Positions 27,481-37,166 are shown, counted from the first letter of the stretch. The stretch: 64,000 nt of DNA from an uncultured archaeon (GCA_902386025.1 CABMHR010000004.1:1075-65074), one strand, 5' to 3'. Notes: generated by a model from the letters alone, not told the origin. A program made the numbers and translations.

Positions 27481-28572
27481 ATGGCGATTATAACTAAAGA
27501 CGAACTTGCTGAGAAAATAGAAGAAATTGAATCTCATAAGGGCAGGCATACTGAATTTATTTCTGTTTATATTCCTGCAGATTATGATGTGAATGCAGTT
27601 CAAAGGCAGCTTGAAGCAGAAAAATCAACTGCAAAAAATATCAAATCAACTACCACACGAAATAATGTGAATGATGCTCTTGATAAAATAATAAGGCATT
27701 TGAAAACTCTGAAAAAAACCCCTGAGAACGGACTTGCTTTATTTGCAGGGAATGTCTCAAAAATAGAAGGGCAGGTTGATTTGCAACTATGGGTAATAGA
27801 GCCTCTTCTCCCGCTTAAAATAAGAATGTACAGATGCGACAAGGATTTTGTTCTTGAACCATTAAAGACTATGCTTGAAGTATCTGAAGTTTTCGGACTT
27901 CTTGTGATGGACAGAAAAGAAGCAACAATAGGAATGCTTGAAGGAAAAAGAATAGAGGTTTTGCAAAAAATGACTTCTGGAGTTCCAAGCAAGATAAGGG
28001 CAGGGGGGCAATCAAGCCAGAGGTTTCACAGAATTACAGAAGGACTGACAAAAGATTTCTACAAAAGAATTGCAGAAGAAATGAAAAAATTATTTTTTGA
28101 TATGCTGAAATTAAAGGGGATAATAATCGGCGGGCCTATTCCCACAAAAGATGAATTTATTGACGGGGAATTTATGGTTACAAAATTAAGGGAAAAAATA
28201 ATCGGAAGAATTGACATTGGGGGAAGCGATGAATCAGGACTGAAAGAGCTTGTTGAAAAATCAAGAGACATCTTAGCTGGACAGGAGATTGTAAAAGAAA
28301 AGAAAATTTTGGAAAAATTCTTTGAGACTCTTGGAGAAAAGCCTGATTTGGCGTATTACAAAGAAAAAGATGTCAGAAAGGCTCTTGAATATGGGGCAGT
28401 TGAACTGCTTATTATATCAAAAGATACTGACAAGAAAACAACAAAAGAACTTATTGAACTGGCAGATGCTATTGATTCAAAAGTTGAAATAGTTTCAACA
28501 GAAACAACAGAAGGAGAGCAATTCAACAACCTTTCAGGAATTGGGGCTATCCTTAGATTTAAGATACAATAA
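27481..28572 (+). CDS. prf1: peptide chain release factor aRF1
   Basis: NIKS motif (TAKNIKS) and GGQ motif (RAGGQSSQRF). TTTATAAA lies 21 nt upstream. Confidence 0.92.
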   Translation: MAIITKDELAEKIEEIESHKGRHTEFISVYIPADYDVNAVQRQLEAEKSTAKNIKSTTTRNNVNDALDKIIRHLKTLKKTPENGLALFAGNVSKIEGQVDLQLWVIEPLLPLKIRMYRCDKDFVLEPLKTMLEVSEVFGLLVMDRKEATIGMLEGKRIEVLQKMTSGVPSKIRAGGQSSQRFHRITEGLTKDFYKRIAEEMKKLFFDMLKLKGIIIGGPIPTKDEFIDGEFMVTKLREKIIGRIDIGGSDESGLKELVEKSRDILAGQEIVKEKKILEKFFETLGEKPDLAYYKEKDVRKALEYGAVELLIISKDTDKKTTKELIELADAIDSKVEIVSTETTEGEQFNNLSGIGAILRFKIQ

Positions 28573-28612
28573 TTAAAAATAATTTTATAAACTTCTTATT
28601 GTTTTAGTTATT

Positions 28613-29158
28613 ATGACAAGCAGCAAAACTTTGGGGGAGATTGATGAAGCACGGGAAAAAGAAGATATCAAAAAGCTTGAAGCTGTTTTTTTTGTCAGTG
28701 CCCGTTTTTTGAATATGCAGGAATTAATTTCCTTAACTGATTTAAATCCAATTATTTTGCAGGAGCTTATTGAAAAACTGCAGGAGAAATATGACAAAAA
28801 TGATTCTGCTATTGAAATTATTGAAAAAAACGGAATGTGGAAGATGGATGTCCGTTCGCAGTATCACAATATAATAAACAAACTTGCAGGAGGAAAATCA
28901 GAATTTTCAAAAGCAGAGCAGGAAACCTTGGGAATAATTGCATTCAAGCAGCCGATAAAACAATCTGTTATAATTAAGATAAGGGGAAACAAGGCATATG
29001 AACATATCAAAAAATTTCTTGATATTGGACTTTTAAAAAAGAAAAAAATAGGACATACAAATGAATTGTCTCTTTCAGATGATTTTTATGATTACTTTAC
29101 ATTTCAGGGGGAAAATTTACCACAAGAATCTTTAAAAATATCCAATTCTGCAGAGTGA
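28613..29158 (+). CDS. scpB: segregation and condensation protein B (ScpB)
   Basis: LEAVFFVS...SKAEQETLGIIAFKQPIKQSVIIKIRG matches the double-wHTH ScpB pattern. Confidence 0.75.
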   Translation: MTSSKTLGEIDEAREKEDIKKLEAVFFVSARFLNMQELISLTDLNPIILQELIEKLQEKYDKNDSAIEIIEKNGMWKMDVRSQYHNIINKLAGGKSEFSKAEQETLGIIAFKQPIKQSVIIKIRGNKAYEHIKKFLDIGLLKKKKIGHTNELSLSDDFYDYFTFQGENLPQESLKISNSAE

Positions 29159-29159
29159 A

Positions 29160-30392
29160 ATGAAGCTTTTGCCGATTATTTATCTTGGTTACATGTTTGT
29201 ATCCATTTATTTCCTGTCTTTCTTCCTTCTTTTATATTTTAAAAACAAAAAACAACTTTTTGAATCTCCCCCTCTCAAGAAAAAATACAGCGTTTCTTTT
29301 ATAGTCCCTGCTTATAACGAAGGAGATACAATTAAAGACACAATTGAACACATTTTTGATATTGATTATCCAAATATTATTCAAGTGATAGTTGTAAATG
29401 ACTGCTCCACTGACAACACAAAAGAAATTGTTGAGAATCTGCAAAAAAAATATTCTAAACTTATTTTAATCAACAATGAAAAAAATTTGGGAAATGCTGC
29501 AGGAACAAAAAATGTCGGGCTGAAATATGCAAAAGGAGAAGTGGTTGTTATGGTTGATGCAGACAGCTATCCTGCAAGAGATTCCTTGAACAAAATGCTT
29601 GGATTTTTTGAAGACAAGAAGGTTGGAGCAGTTACCTGCCCTGTTTTTGTCAGAAATACAAAAACTTTTATCGGAAAACTTCAAGCTATTGAATACAAGA
29701 CAATTGCATTTATGAGAAAACTTTTGGGATATGTTGATGCTATTTATGTAACTCCCGGCCCTCTTGCTGTTTATAGGAGAGCCACTCTTGATGATGTTGG
29801 GGGGTTTGATGAAAAGAATATGACAGAAGATATTGAAATAACTTGGCGTCTTACTGCTAAAGGATGGGATAGGAAGATGGCTTTATCAACGCAGGTTTCA
29901 AGCACTGCTCCTGAAAAAATCTGGGTTTGGTACAGACAGAGAAGGAGATGGAACATTGGGGGGCTGCAGTGCATTGCAAAATACAAGAGTTATTTTCTAA
30001 AAAAAGGAATGGTTGGGATGTGCATACTTCCGTTTTTTATCTTTCAATTTTTTCTGGGAATTGTAGGAGTAGGAGTATTTACTTATATTCTGATTACAAA
30101 ACTAATTTCAAACTATTTTTTTGTTAATTTCTCAATGCAGGCTGATGTTCCCCTACTTACACTGGAAAATCTTTCCATAACCCCCAGTTTCTTGAATTAC
30201 TTGGGAGTTATCCTATTTGTTACAGGAACTGCATTTACATTAATTATTCTTTCTAAACTAAAAGATGATGCACTTAAGAAACAGAACTTTTTCGTTATTC
30301 TTTTCTATTCTGTAATCTACTTGACTGTTTATCCTTTTATAGCAATAATTTCAATATACAAATATTTTAAAGGAGATAATAAGTGGTGGTGA
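29160..30392 (+). CDS. family 2 glycosyltransferase, membrane-integrated (processive synthase-like)
   Basis: PAYNE, DADS (MVDADS), TEDIE and QRRRW motifs, plus N- and C-terminal TM segments. Confidence 0.78.
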   Translation: MKLLPIIYLGYMFVSIYFLSFFLLLYFKNKKQLFESPPLKKKYSVSFIVPAYNEGDTIKDTIEHIFDIDYPNIIQVIVVNDCSTDNTKEIVENLQKKYSKLILINNEKNLGNAAGTKNVGLKYAKGEVVVMVDADSYPARDSLNKMLGFFEDKKVGAVTCPVFVRNTKTFIGKLQAIEYKTIAFMRKLLGYVDAIYVTPGPLAVYRRATLDDVGGFDEKNMTEDIEITWRLTAKGWDRKMALSTQVSSTAPEKIWVWYRQRRRWNIGGLQCIAKYKSYFLKKGMVGMCILPFFIFQFFLGIVGVGVFTYILITKLISNYFFVNFSMQADVPLLTLENLSITPSFLNYLGVILFVTGTAFTLIILSKLKDDALKKQNFFVILFYSVIYLTVYPFIAIISIYKYFKGDNKWW

Positions 30393-30393
30393 T

Positions 30394-31050
30394 ATGGTGA
30401 AGAATCAGAAATATATCTTTTTGTATGCTTTGATTTTGACTCTTATAGTATTTAACTTGGGGATTTTTATGGGTTATCTGCTTGAGAGTTCAAGGGTGAA
30501 TAAAATAAACTCAATGTCTTTTGATGCAGAACTTGAAATCCTTGACCAGATGGCGCAAAAAGAAGCTCTAAACGCTTTAAACCTTGACTGCAACTCACTT
30601 ATTGAAGAAAATATAAAATTCGGAGACAAAATATTTCAGGAAGCTCTGCAGATACAAAAATATGAAGACGCAAATCAAATCAGCAGCAGCATTCTCTTCC
30701 AGCACAAGAGATTTGATTTGCTTAGGACTCTATTCTGGATGAATAGCGTTGAAATCAAGCAGAAATGCAATTCCACTTATCATAATGTTATTTATCTCTA
30801 TAAATATAACAACCCTTCACTTGAGCAAAAATCTGAACAAAAAGTTTTCTCCAATCTGCTGTCAGAATTAAAGCAGAAAGAAGGAGATAAAATAATGCTG
30901 ATTCCTATGTCTGCAGACAATAATATCTCTTCAATTGATTTGCTTATTAAAGAGTATAAAATAACAGAACTCCCTGCAATTCTGATTGACGAGAAAATAA
31001 AGATAACTTCCCTTAACAGCACAGCAGAAATAGAAAAATATCTGGATTAA
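30394..31050 (+). CDS. hypothetical membrane-anchored protein
   Basis: Single N-terminal TM. Starts 2 nt after the GT2 stop. Confidence 0.4.
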   Translation: MVKNQKYIFLYALILTLIVFNLGIFMGYLLESSRVNKINSMSFDAELEILDQMAQKEALNALNLDCNSLIEENIKFGDKIFQEALQIQKYEDANQISSSILFQHKRFDLLRTLFWMNSVEIKQKCNSTYHNVIYLYKYNNPSLEQKSEQKVFSNLLSELKQKEGDKIMLIPMSADNNISSIDLLIKEYKITELPAILIDEKIKITSLNSTAEIEKYLD

Positions 31051-31100
31051 TATCATTTCATCACAGAAATATTAAAAAAGAGATATAACTGCCATTTTAT

Positions 31101-31856
31101 ATGGTGATTAATGAATGCATTAAATGCGGTGTTTCAGGCGACAGGATAAAGTTGTATCACGCTGTATCTGACAGAGGAATTGTAAAAATATGCGGAGACT
31201 GCAACAGGAGAGAGAATCTCCCTATTATGAAACAGCCAACAGACGAACAAATTCTTGAGTCAAAGAGTCCCGGTTCAAAATCTGTGAGAGACAGATTAAA
31301 AAGCATGCAGAGAAATACTTTTTTTGGAAAAGAGCCAACATTAAGAGAAATGGTTGACAGGAATTTAAAAAGCAGGATGGTTCAGCCGCCTTCTGATTTG
31401 GTTACTAATTTTCACTGGACTATTCAGCAAATAAGAAGAACGAGAAAAATAACAAGAGAGCAGTTTGCAAAAGGAATAGGAGAATCAGAAGCAACAGTAA
31501 GAATGATTGAACAGGGGCTTATACCGAATGGAGATTATAAAATCATAAATAAAATTGAAGCATATCTTGGAATCAGCCTTAGAAAATCAGAAAAATCAGG
31601 ATTTCCAAGTGCAGAACCTCAAAGAAAATTCACTTTGGATAATTCCTTAATTTCAAAGGAAGAAAAAGAAATGGCTCAAAAAAGTTTAAGTTTTGATGCA
31701 GATGCAACAAAAAATCTCAAAATTTCGGATTTAAAAGAAATGAAAAAAAAGCAGGGAGAGAATTTTGAAGAGGACATCTGGAATGAAGAATACAGCGAAG
31801 ATGACGAAAAATACCTTGATAAACAGGAAGAATTTGATGAAGAAGAAGACAAATAA
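31101..31856 (+). CDS. MBF1-like transcription factor (Zn ribbon plus XRE-type HTH) with acidic tail
   Basis: CIKCG...CGDC, then IRRTRKITREQFAKGIGESEATVRMIEQG (HTH_3). The C-terminus is Glu/Asp-rich. Confidence 0.6.
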   Translation: MVINECIKCGVSGDRIKLYHAVSDRGIVKICGDCNRRENLPIMKQPTDEQILESKSPGSKSVRDRLKSMQRNTFFGKEPTLREMVDRNLKSRMVQPPSDLVTNFHWTIQQIRRTRKITREQFAKGIGESEATVRMIEQGLIPNGDYKIINKIEAYLGISLRKSEKSGFPSAEPQRKFTLDNSLISKEEKEMAQKSLSFDADATKNLKISDLKEMKKKQGENFEEDIWNEEYSEDDEKYLDKQEEFDEEEDK

Positions 31857-31898
31857 GGCAAACGCAACTTTTATAAATCTAGTTTAAGATTTCTTTCT

Positions 31899-32162
31899 AT
31901 GGAAATTAATGTTCTGAAAAGCAGCAAAGAAGAAATGGAAATTGAACTTGAAAGCCTTACAATTGCAGAGATTTTGAGAGTTTATCTTAACAAGGATTCT
32001 GATGTTACATTTGCTGCGTGGAAAAGAGAACATCCGACAAAGAAGCCTGTTCTTTTAGTCAAAACAAAGGGCAAGATTGCAAAGAAAGCAATTGATGATG
32101 CTGTCGGAGAAATAGTGAAAGATTTGGAAGAGATTGAAGGCGAGTTCAAAAAGCTTAAATAA
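31899..32162 (+). CDS. rpoL: DNA-directed RNA polymerase subunit L (Rpo11)
   Basis: About 87 aa. LTIAEILRVYL..FAAWKREHPTKKPVLLVKT matches the Rpo11/RpoL pattern. Confidence 0.8.
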   Translation: MEINVLKSSKEEMEIELESLTIAEILRVYLNKDSDVTFAAWKREHPTKKPVLLVKTKGKIAKKAIDDAVGEIVKDLEEIEGEFKKLK

Positions 32163-32215
32163 TTCCTAATTTTTATTACAACAATTCTTATTAATGAATT
32201 ATCTCCAATTTTTAT

Positions 32216-32953
32216 ATGGGAATTGATAAAATTGAAAAAATTTCCACTGGGAGCTATGATTTGAATACTTGGCTCTATGGGGGATATGAAAAAGGGATTA
32301 TTACTATGATTGCAGGCCCGCCTGGCTCTGGAAAAACAAATATGGCAATTCTGGCTGCATGCAGCCAAGCAAAAAAAGGGAATAAAATAATTTTTGTTGA
32401 TACAGAAGGAGGTTTTTCTTCTGACAGAGTAAAACAAATTGTTGGAGAAGGATTTGAAGACATTTTAAAGAATATATTTTTGATAGAACCTATGAATTTT
32501 CTTGAACAGAAGAAATTTTTTCTTACCTTGAACTCTCAACTGAAAAAAGAGCAAATCAGCTTGATTGTTGTAGACGGAATGGCGATGCTTTACAGGCTTG
32601 AGCTTGGAGATGCAAGAAAAGGAGGAGATGATGAAATCAGGGAAATTAACAGGGAAGTTGCAAGACAGATGAAACTTCTTGCAGAAATTTCCAAAAAGCA
32701 AAATATTCCAATAATTATTACAAATCAGGTTTATCAGGGATTCCAGTCTGAAGAGGACTGGAAAAAAGGACTTGAAAGAGAAATGAATATTGTGGGAGGA
32801 GACTTATTCCAATACTGGAGCAAATGTATCATACAGCTGAGAAATGAAAAAGGCAGAAGAAGAGCAATACTTCTCAAACACAGAAGCCTTCCACAAAGAG
32901 AGATTAGCTTTGAAATAAAAAATGACGGGATTTTCAGAAGAAGAATCTTTTGA
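32216..32953 (+). CDS. radB: RadB recombinase paralog
   Basis: RecA-fold with Walker A GPPGSGKTN and Walker B LIVVDG. No N-terminal HhH domain, 245 aa. Confidence 0.8.
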   Translation: MGIDKIEKISTGSYDLNTWLYGGYEKGIITMIAGPPGSGKTNMAILAACSQAKKGNKIIFVDTEGGFSSDRVKQIVGEGFEDILKNIFLIEPMNFLEQKKFFLTLNSQLKKEQISLIVVDGMAMLYRLELGDARKGGDDEIREINREVARQMKLLAEISKKQNIPIIITNQVYQGFQSEEDWKKGLEREMNIVGGDLFQYWSKCIIQLRNEKGRRRAILLKHRSLPQREISFEIKNDGIFRRRIF

Positions 32954-33002
32954 TAAAAATAAAATAAAAAATAAAATTTAGGTATTAATTAAGGCAAACA
33001 CC

Positions 33003-33032
33003 TTACTTTTTTTTCTTTTTTTTCTTAGCCAT
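33003..33032 (-). CDS. micro-ORF MAKKKKKKK (9 codons), copy A
   Basis: Own TATA (33077-33084), SD AAGGAGGG (33041-33048) 9 nt from the ATG, and a TAA stop followed by a short hairpin. Coding status is unproven. Confidence 0.35.
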   Translation of the reverse strand: MAKKKKKKK

Positions 33033-33200
33033 ATTTAATACCCTCCTTAATTAATAAAGAAAATAATTCATTTAAGTATTTAAATTTTCTCTTTTTGGAA
33101 CAGATAAAATGAAAATAGAAAAAGGATTGTGGGAATTTTTTTAATTCCCATATGTTAAAAATAAAAAATAAAAGTTAGCAAGATTTTAAATTAAAAAATC

Positions 33201-33239
33201 TTACTTTTTCTTTTTTTTCTTTGCCTTCTTTTTAGCCAT
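33201..33239 (-). CDS. micro-ORF MAKKKAKKKKKK (12 codons), copy B
   Basis: Paralogous to copy A. TATA at 33285-33292, SD AAGGAGG at 33050-33056, and TAA followed by an 8-bp hairpin AAGATTTT/AAAATCTT. Confidence 0.35.
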   Translation of the reverse strand: MAKKKAKKKKKK

Positions 33240-33367
33240 TATAAACACACCTCCTTAATTAATATAAAAAATAATTTACTAAAGTATTTAAATTTATTCT
33301 TTTTTTTGAAAAATATTTTTTTTGCAGAAAAAATTGCCGTCGACAAAAAGAAAATTAAAATAAATAA

Positions 33368-34123
33368 TTAAATTAATTTGTAAATTGCAGTAACATATGC
33401 ACTAACTTCTTGATTTGAAGGAGTCATACTTGACATTGTGCTTTTTGCTTTTGCATTTGATTCTGCAACTCCAACTCCTGCATCTGCAGAAGCTGTATAA
33501 ACAGGCCAGGGATTGTAATTAAACTGGTCAAGTGAAACAGAAACTAATCTTCCCAATCTTTTGTTAAATCCCTGAGCAAGTGCTTCTGCTTTCACTTTTG
33601 CATCTGCAGAAGCTGTTTTTATTGCATCTGCTTTTGCATTCTGTTGAAGAGAGGGGGTTAATTCAAAATTAATATAACTTATCCCTGCTCCCGCATTTGT
33701 TCCTGCATCAATTATGTCGCTTATCTTGTCTTTTTGCTGAATAGACAGCTCTATCTTCAATGAAGTTGATGCTCTGTAATCAATTAATCTCTGGCTTTTG
33801 CTGTAATCATATTCGGGATAAATGTTAAAACTTTGAGTTTTTAATTCTTCTTTGGAGAAACCTAATGCTACAATATTATCTGTCAGCTTATCTGTTATTG
33901 CAGAATTTGCATCTTCTGCTTCTTTTGAAGTAGCTCCAGATGTGTCAATGCTGAAATAAACAGTAATCAAATCAGGAGCGACTTTTGATGTTGCCTGTCC
34001 GTTTACATTGAATGTGTTTGACACAGAATTTGATTTGAATACAATTATTCCTATAACTGCAAGTGCAATTACTGTTGCAACAATAATGAGAGTTATCTGA
34101 ACTGATTTATCCAGCTTATGCAT
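33368..34123 (-). CDS. SIMPL/DUF541-domain protein, N-terminally anchored
   Basis: N-terminal TM, then ITVYFSIDTSGATSKEAEDANS... resembling the 26-kDa periplasmic immunogenic protein family. Confidence 0.6.
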   Translation of the reverse strand: MHKLDKSVQITLIIVATVIALAVIGIIVFKSNSVSNTFNVNGQATSKVAPDLITVYFSIDTSGATSKEAEDANSAITDKLTDNIVALGFSKEELKTQSFNIYPEYDYSKSQRLIDYRASTSLKIELSIQQKDKISDIIDAGTNAGAGISYINFELTPSLQQNAKADAIKTASADAKVKAEALAQGFNKRLGRLVSVSLDQFNYNPWPVYTASADAGVGVAESNAKAKSTMSSMTPSNQEVSAYVTAIYKLI

Positions 34124-34154
34124 CTTTTATAAAATAAAGCTTGATTTATAAAAT

Positions 34155-36509
34155 TTATTGATTGGAATTTTCTTCCTCTGCTTTCTCTTTTTCTTTCCTC
34201 TCCTTGTATTCTTCAAGCCTTTTTTTATTTGACTCGCATTCTGAATTAAAGCAGAATATCCACGGCTTTTTTCCTTTTCTTAAACTCATCAGCATTGGAA
34301 ACCCGCAAAGTTCGCAGATTTTTTCTGTTTTCTTGATTAATCCATTCGGGGGAAGAGAATATGTCTTCTTGCATTCGGGGTAGGAATTGCACGCAATAAA
34401 ATATCTTCTTGTCTTTCTTGAATAAGTTATTGCAAGAGTTCCTTTTTTGCACAATGGACAGATATTCAACTTGTTCTCTTCTTTCTGCTTTTCCCACTGC
34501 TTTGATTCAGCAGATACCAGCTCCTGCCCTATTTCTTTCTTGTTCTTTTCAAAATCTTTTGATATTTCTGTTATTGTCTGCTTTGCTTCATCAACAATCT
34601 TTTTTTCTTTTGCTTCAAAATTACTTTTTGATTCAAGAATAGCATCAGTCTCTTTTTCAAATTTCCTTGTCAATTCTTCATCTATTATTACAGAAGAATA
34701 TTTTTCCAATGTATTTATCAGGGATATTCCCAAAGGAGTTGCTTCAATGCTTTTTTCTTTTATATATCCCCTGTCATAAAGCGTCTCAATTATTGCTGCT
34801 CTTGTTGCTTTTGTCCCCAAATTTCTTTTTTCTAATTCTGAAACTATTGAAGCAGGAGAATATCTTTTTGGAGGCTGGGTTTCTTTTTCTTCTGTTTTTG
34901 AATCAGTTATTTTCACTTCCCCATTCATATCAGGAAGTTCATTTTCTTTTATTTTGTATGGGTAAATTTCAAGCCACGCTTTTTTTCTTACTTCTGCTCC
35001 TTTGACAGAGAAAATTGAATCATTTAATTTTGCACTTATTGTTTTATTGTCAATTACAGCATCATCGCAGAACAGGCACAAAAATCTTTTTGCAATAAGA
35101 TTGTAAATTTTTTCCTCTTCTTCTGACAGCTGCTGAAATTCCCCTGTTGGATAAATTGAAGGATGAGCAGGGTCTGTATTTTTTCCTTCTATCGGCTTGC
35201 TTCTTGCAATTAATTTTTCAACTTTGTATTGTCTTGCAAGTTTTTCCAAAATTTCTGCATAACTTATTGAATCAGGAAGCTTTTGGCTTGAAGTTCTTGG
35301 ATAAGAAATCAATCCAGCGAGATACAATGACTGCGCTATTTGAAGAGCTCTTGCAGGAGTTATTCCATAAAGACGATACGCTTCCATCTGGAGAACAGTA
35401 AGATTAAACGGGGGATTTGGGGGAAGAATCTCCTCTTTCTTTATTGTGTTTGCTATTGCTGTCTTTCCTATAATGTTTTCAAACTTTCCCAGTTCTTTTT
35501 TGTCAAAAATATCTTTGTTGTATTTTAATTCAACTTCATTTTTTTTATCATTGACTTTTATAAAAACCTGCCAATATTTTTGGGAAACAAAATCCTGAAT
35601 TTTTCTCTCTCTTTCAACAATCAGGTTTAATGTCGGGCCCTGAACCCTTCCTATTGACATTATTTTGAATCTTCCTGTTTCTTTGATTGAATTCATCAAA
35701 GCTCTTGAGAGATTAATTCCGTAAAACCAATCAAGATAATGCCTTGTTTCCCCTGCTATTGCCTGCCCCCAATTTATGCTTGAATTTTTTGATTCATAAG
35801 CAGTGTTTAATTCCTGCTTTGTAAGAGTTGAGAATTTCATTCTGTTTGCATCTTTTTGATTGCAGATAAATCTTACAACATTCAGCCCTATGACTTCTCC
35901 TTCAATATCATAGTCTGTTGCTACTGTTATTTTCCCTGCATTCTTAGCCAAGCTTAATAATGTGTCATAATATTTTTTTGTAAAATCTGCTTTTCTTATT
36001 GTATAATTCGGAACCCATGCGATGTTGAAAACAGGAAAGCCAGAACCCTTTTCTATCTGTGTTAATGTAAATAAATGTCCGACTGCACACGCAACAATTA
36101 TTTTTTCTCCGTTTCTGCTTAATTCATAATAAGGAATTCCGTGAAGATTCTGCTTTTTTGAATTTCCTAAAGCATCTGCAATTTTCATTGCTGCCTGCGG
36201 TTTTTCTGTTACAATTAGTTCATAGCCGTCTTTTTTTAATGTAATATTGGGAATAACATATTCTTTTGTCTGATTAGAGAATGATTTTGAGAATTTTTTA
36301 GCTGGTTTTTTTTGGAAACTCTTTTTTTTTGGCTTGAATGTTTTTGCCGGCTTTTTTGAAAATCTCTTTGTGGGTTTTGAAATTGTTGTTATTTCCACCT
36401 GCATTGGCTTATTCTCTTTTTCCACCGCGTATTTTACATCTCTTTCATCTACAGGGAAATAATTTTCTGCCAGCACTTGCCCTTTTGACTTTACTGCCCT
36501 TTTCTTCAT
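34155..36509 (-). CDS. topA: type IA DNA topoisomerase with Lys-rich N-terminal extension
   Basis: Toprim ELIVTEKP and DYDIEGE, active-site ISYPRTSSQ, C-terminal Zn ribbons CPLC..CNSYPEC and CELCG. ATG 36509 lies 22 nt from CTATAAAT. Confidence 0.9.
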   Translation of the reverse strand: MKKRAVKSKGQVLAENYFPVDERDVKYAVEKENKPMQVEITTISKPTKRFSKKPAKTFKPKKKSFQKKPAKKFSKSFSNQTKEYVIPNITLKKDGYELIVTEKPQAAMKIADALGNSKKQNLHGIPYYELSRNGEKIIVACAVGHLFTLTQIEKGSGFPVFNIAWVPNYTIRKADFTKKYYDTLLSLAKNAGKITVATDYDIEGEVIGLNVVRFICNQKDANRMKFSTLTKQELNTAYESKNSSINWGQAIAGETRHYLDWFYGINLSRALMNSIKETGRFKIMSIGRVQGPTLNLIVERERKIQDFVSQKYWQVFIKVNDKKNEVELKYNKDIFDKKELGKFENIIGKTAIANTIKKEEILPPNPPFNLTVLQMEAYRLYGITPARALQIAQSLYLAGLISYPRTSSQKLPDSISYAEILEKLARQYKVEKLIARSKPIEGKNTDPAHPSIYPTGEFQQLSEEEEKIYNLIAKRFLCLFCDDAVIDNKTISAKLNDSIFSVKGAEVRKKAWLEIYPYKIKENELPDMNGEVKITDSKTEEKETQPPKRYSPASIVSELEKRNLGTKATRAAIIETLYDRGYIKEKSIEATPLGISLINTLEKYSSVIIDEELTRKFEKETDAILESKSNFEAKEKKIVDEAKQTITEISKDFEKNKKEIGQELVSAESKQWEKQKEENKLNICPLCKKGTLAITYSRKTRRYFIACNSYPECKKTYSLPPNGLIKKTEKICELCGFPMLMSLRKGKKPWIFCFNSECESNKKRLEEYKERKEKEKAEEENSNQ

Positions 36510-36554
36510 CTTTAAGCATATCTTAAGAAGTATTTATAGGTTTTTTGGTTGAAG

Positions 36555-37166
36555 TTAAATCTCAAAGATTTTCTCCTTTCTTGAAACGTTGATTACTTTT
36601 GTATTTCCCATCTGCTCTTCCATGCCTGATGCTTCGTGAATGTGCGCTGTTATCAAAACATCAGGATGAAATTCTTTTATTGCTTTCTTTACTGCCTTGC
36701 TTCCTGGGAATCCTGAAAATTCTGCCTTGCTTCCTTCTGGATGCATATGAGTTACCATAATTTTTTTTTCTGAATCTTTCACATTTTCGTGCCCTTTTTT
36801 CAGCAAATTAAAAATTTCTGAATCTTTGATATAATTTATTCCAACATCTCCTGCACCTGCCCCAAAAATCCCTACATTATCTTTTTTGAACGAATAGCCG
36901 TGAATATTCTTTGTATTTGGATACATTTCTGCAAGAAAATCGGCTGTTGCTGTTGATTCGTGATTTCCAGGAATAAGAAGAACCTGCTTCTTCGCTTTTA
37001 TGAAAGGACCAATCAGATTTTTTGTTGACTGGTCCAGAAAAGTGAAATCGCCTGCTAAAATAACTAAATCAACATTTTCCTTTACTGCTTTTTCAGCCAG
37101 TCTTTTGACTAATCCAGTATCCCCATGAATATCTCCTATTGCAAGAATTTTTGTTTTCTTTTCCAT
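36555..37166 (-). CDS. metallophosphoesterase
   Basis: GDIHGD, GDF, GNHE and HMHP motifs. ATG 37166 lies 21 nt from TTTATAAC. Confidence 0.8.
   Translation of the reverse strand: MEKKTKILAIGDIHGDTGLVKRLAEKAVKENVDLVILAGDFTFLDQSTKNLIGPFIKAKKQVLLIPGNHESTATADFLAEMYPNTKNIHGYSFKKDNVGIFGAGAGDVGINYIKDSEIFNLLKKGHENVKDSEKKIMVTHMHPEGSKAEFSGFPGSKAVKKAIKEFHPDVLITAHIHEASGMEEQMGNTKVINVSRKEKIFEI

Noticed and set aside
32990-33305. CRISPR-like or tandem-repeat array.
   Set aside because: There are only two units. Each contains promoter, SD, ATG and stop features rather than a repeat-spacer organisation, and no cas genes are present.
34162-35528. Multiple plus-strand ORFs within topA.
   Set aside because: They are antisense shadows inside a gene with clear Toprim and active-site motifs.
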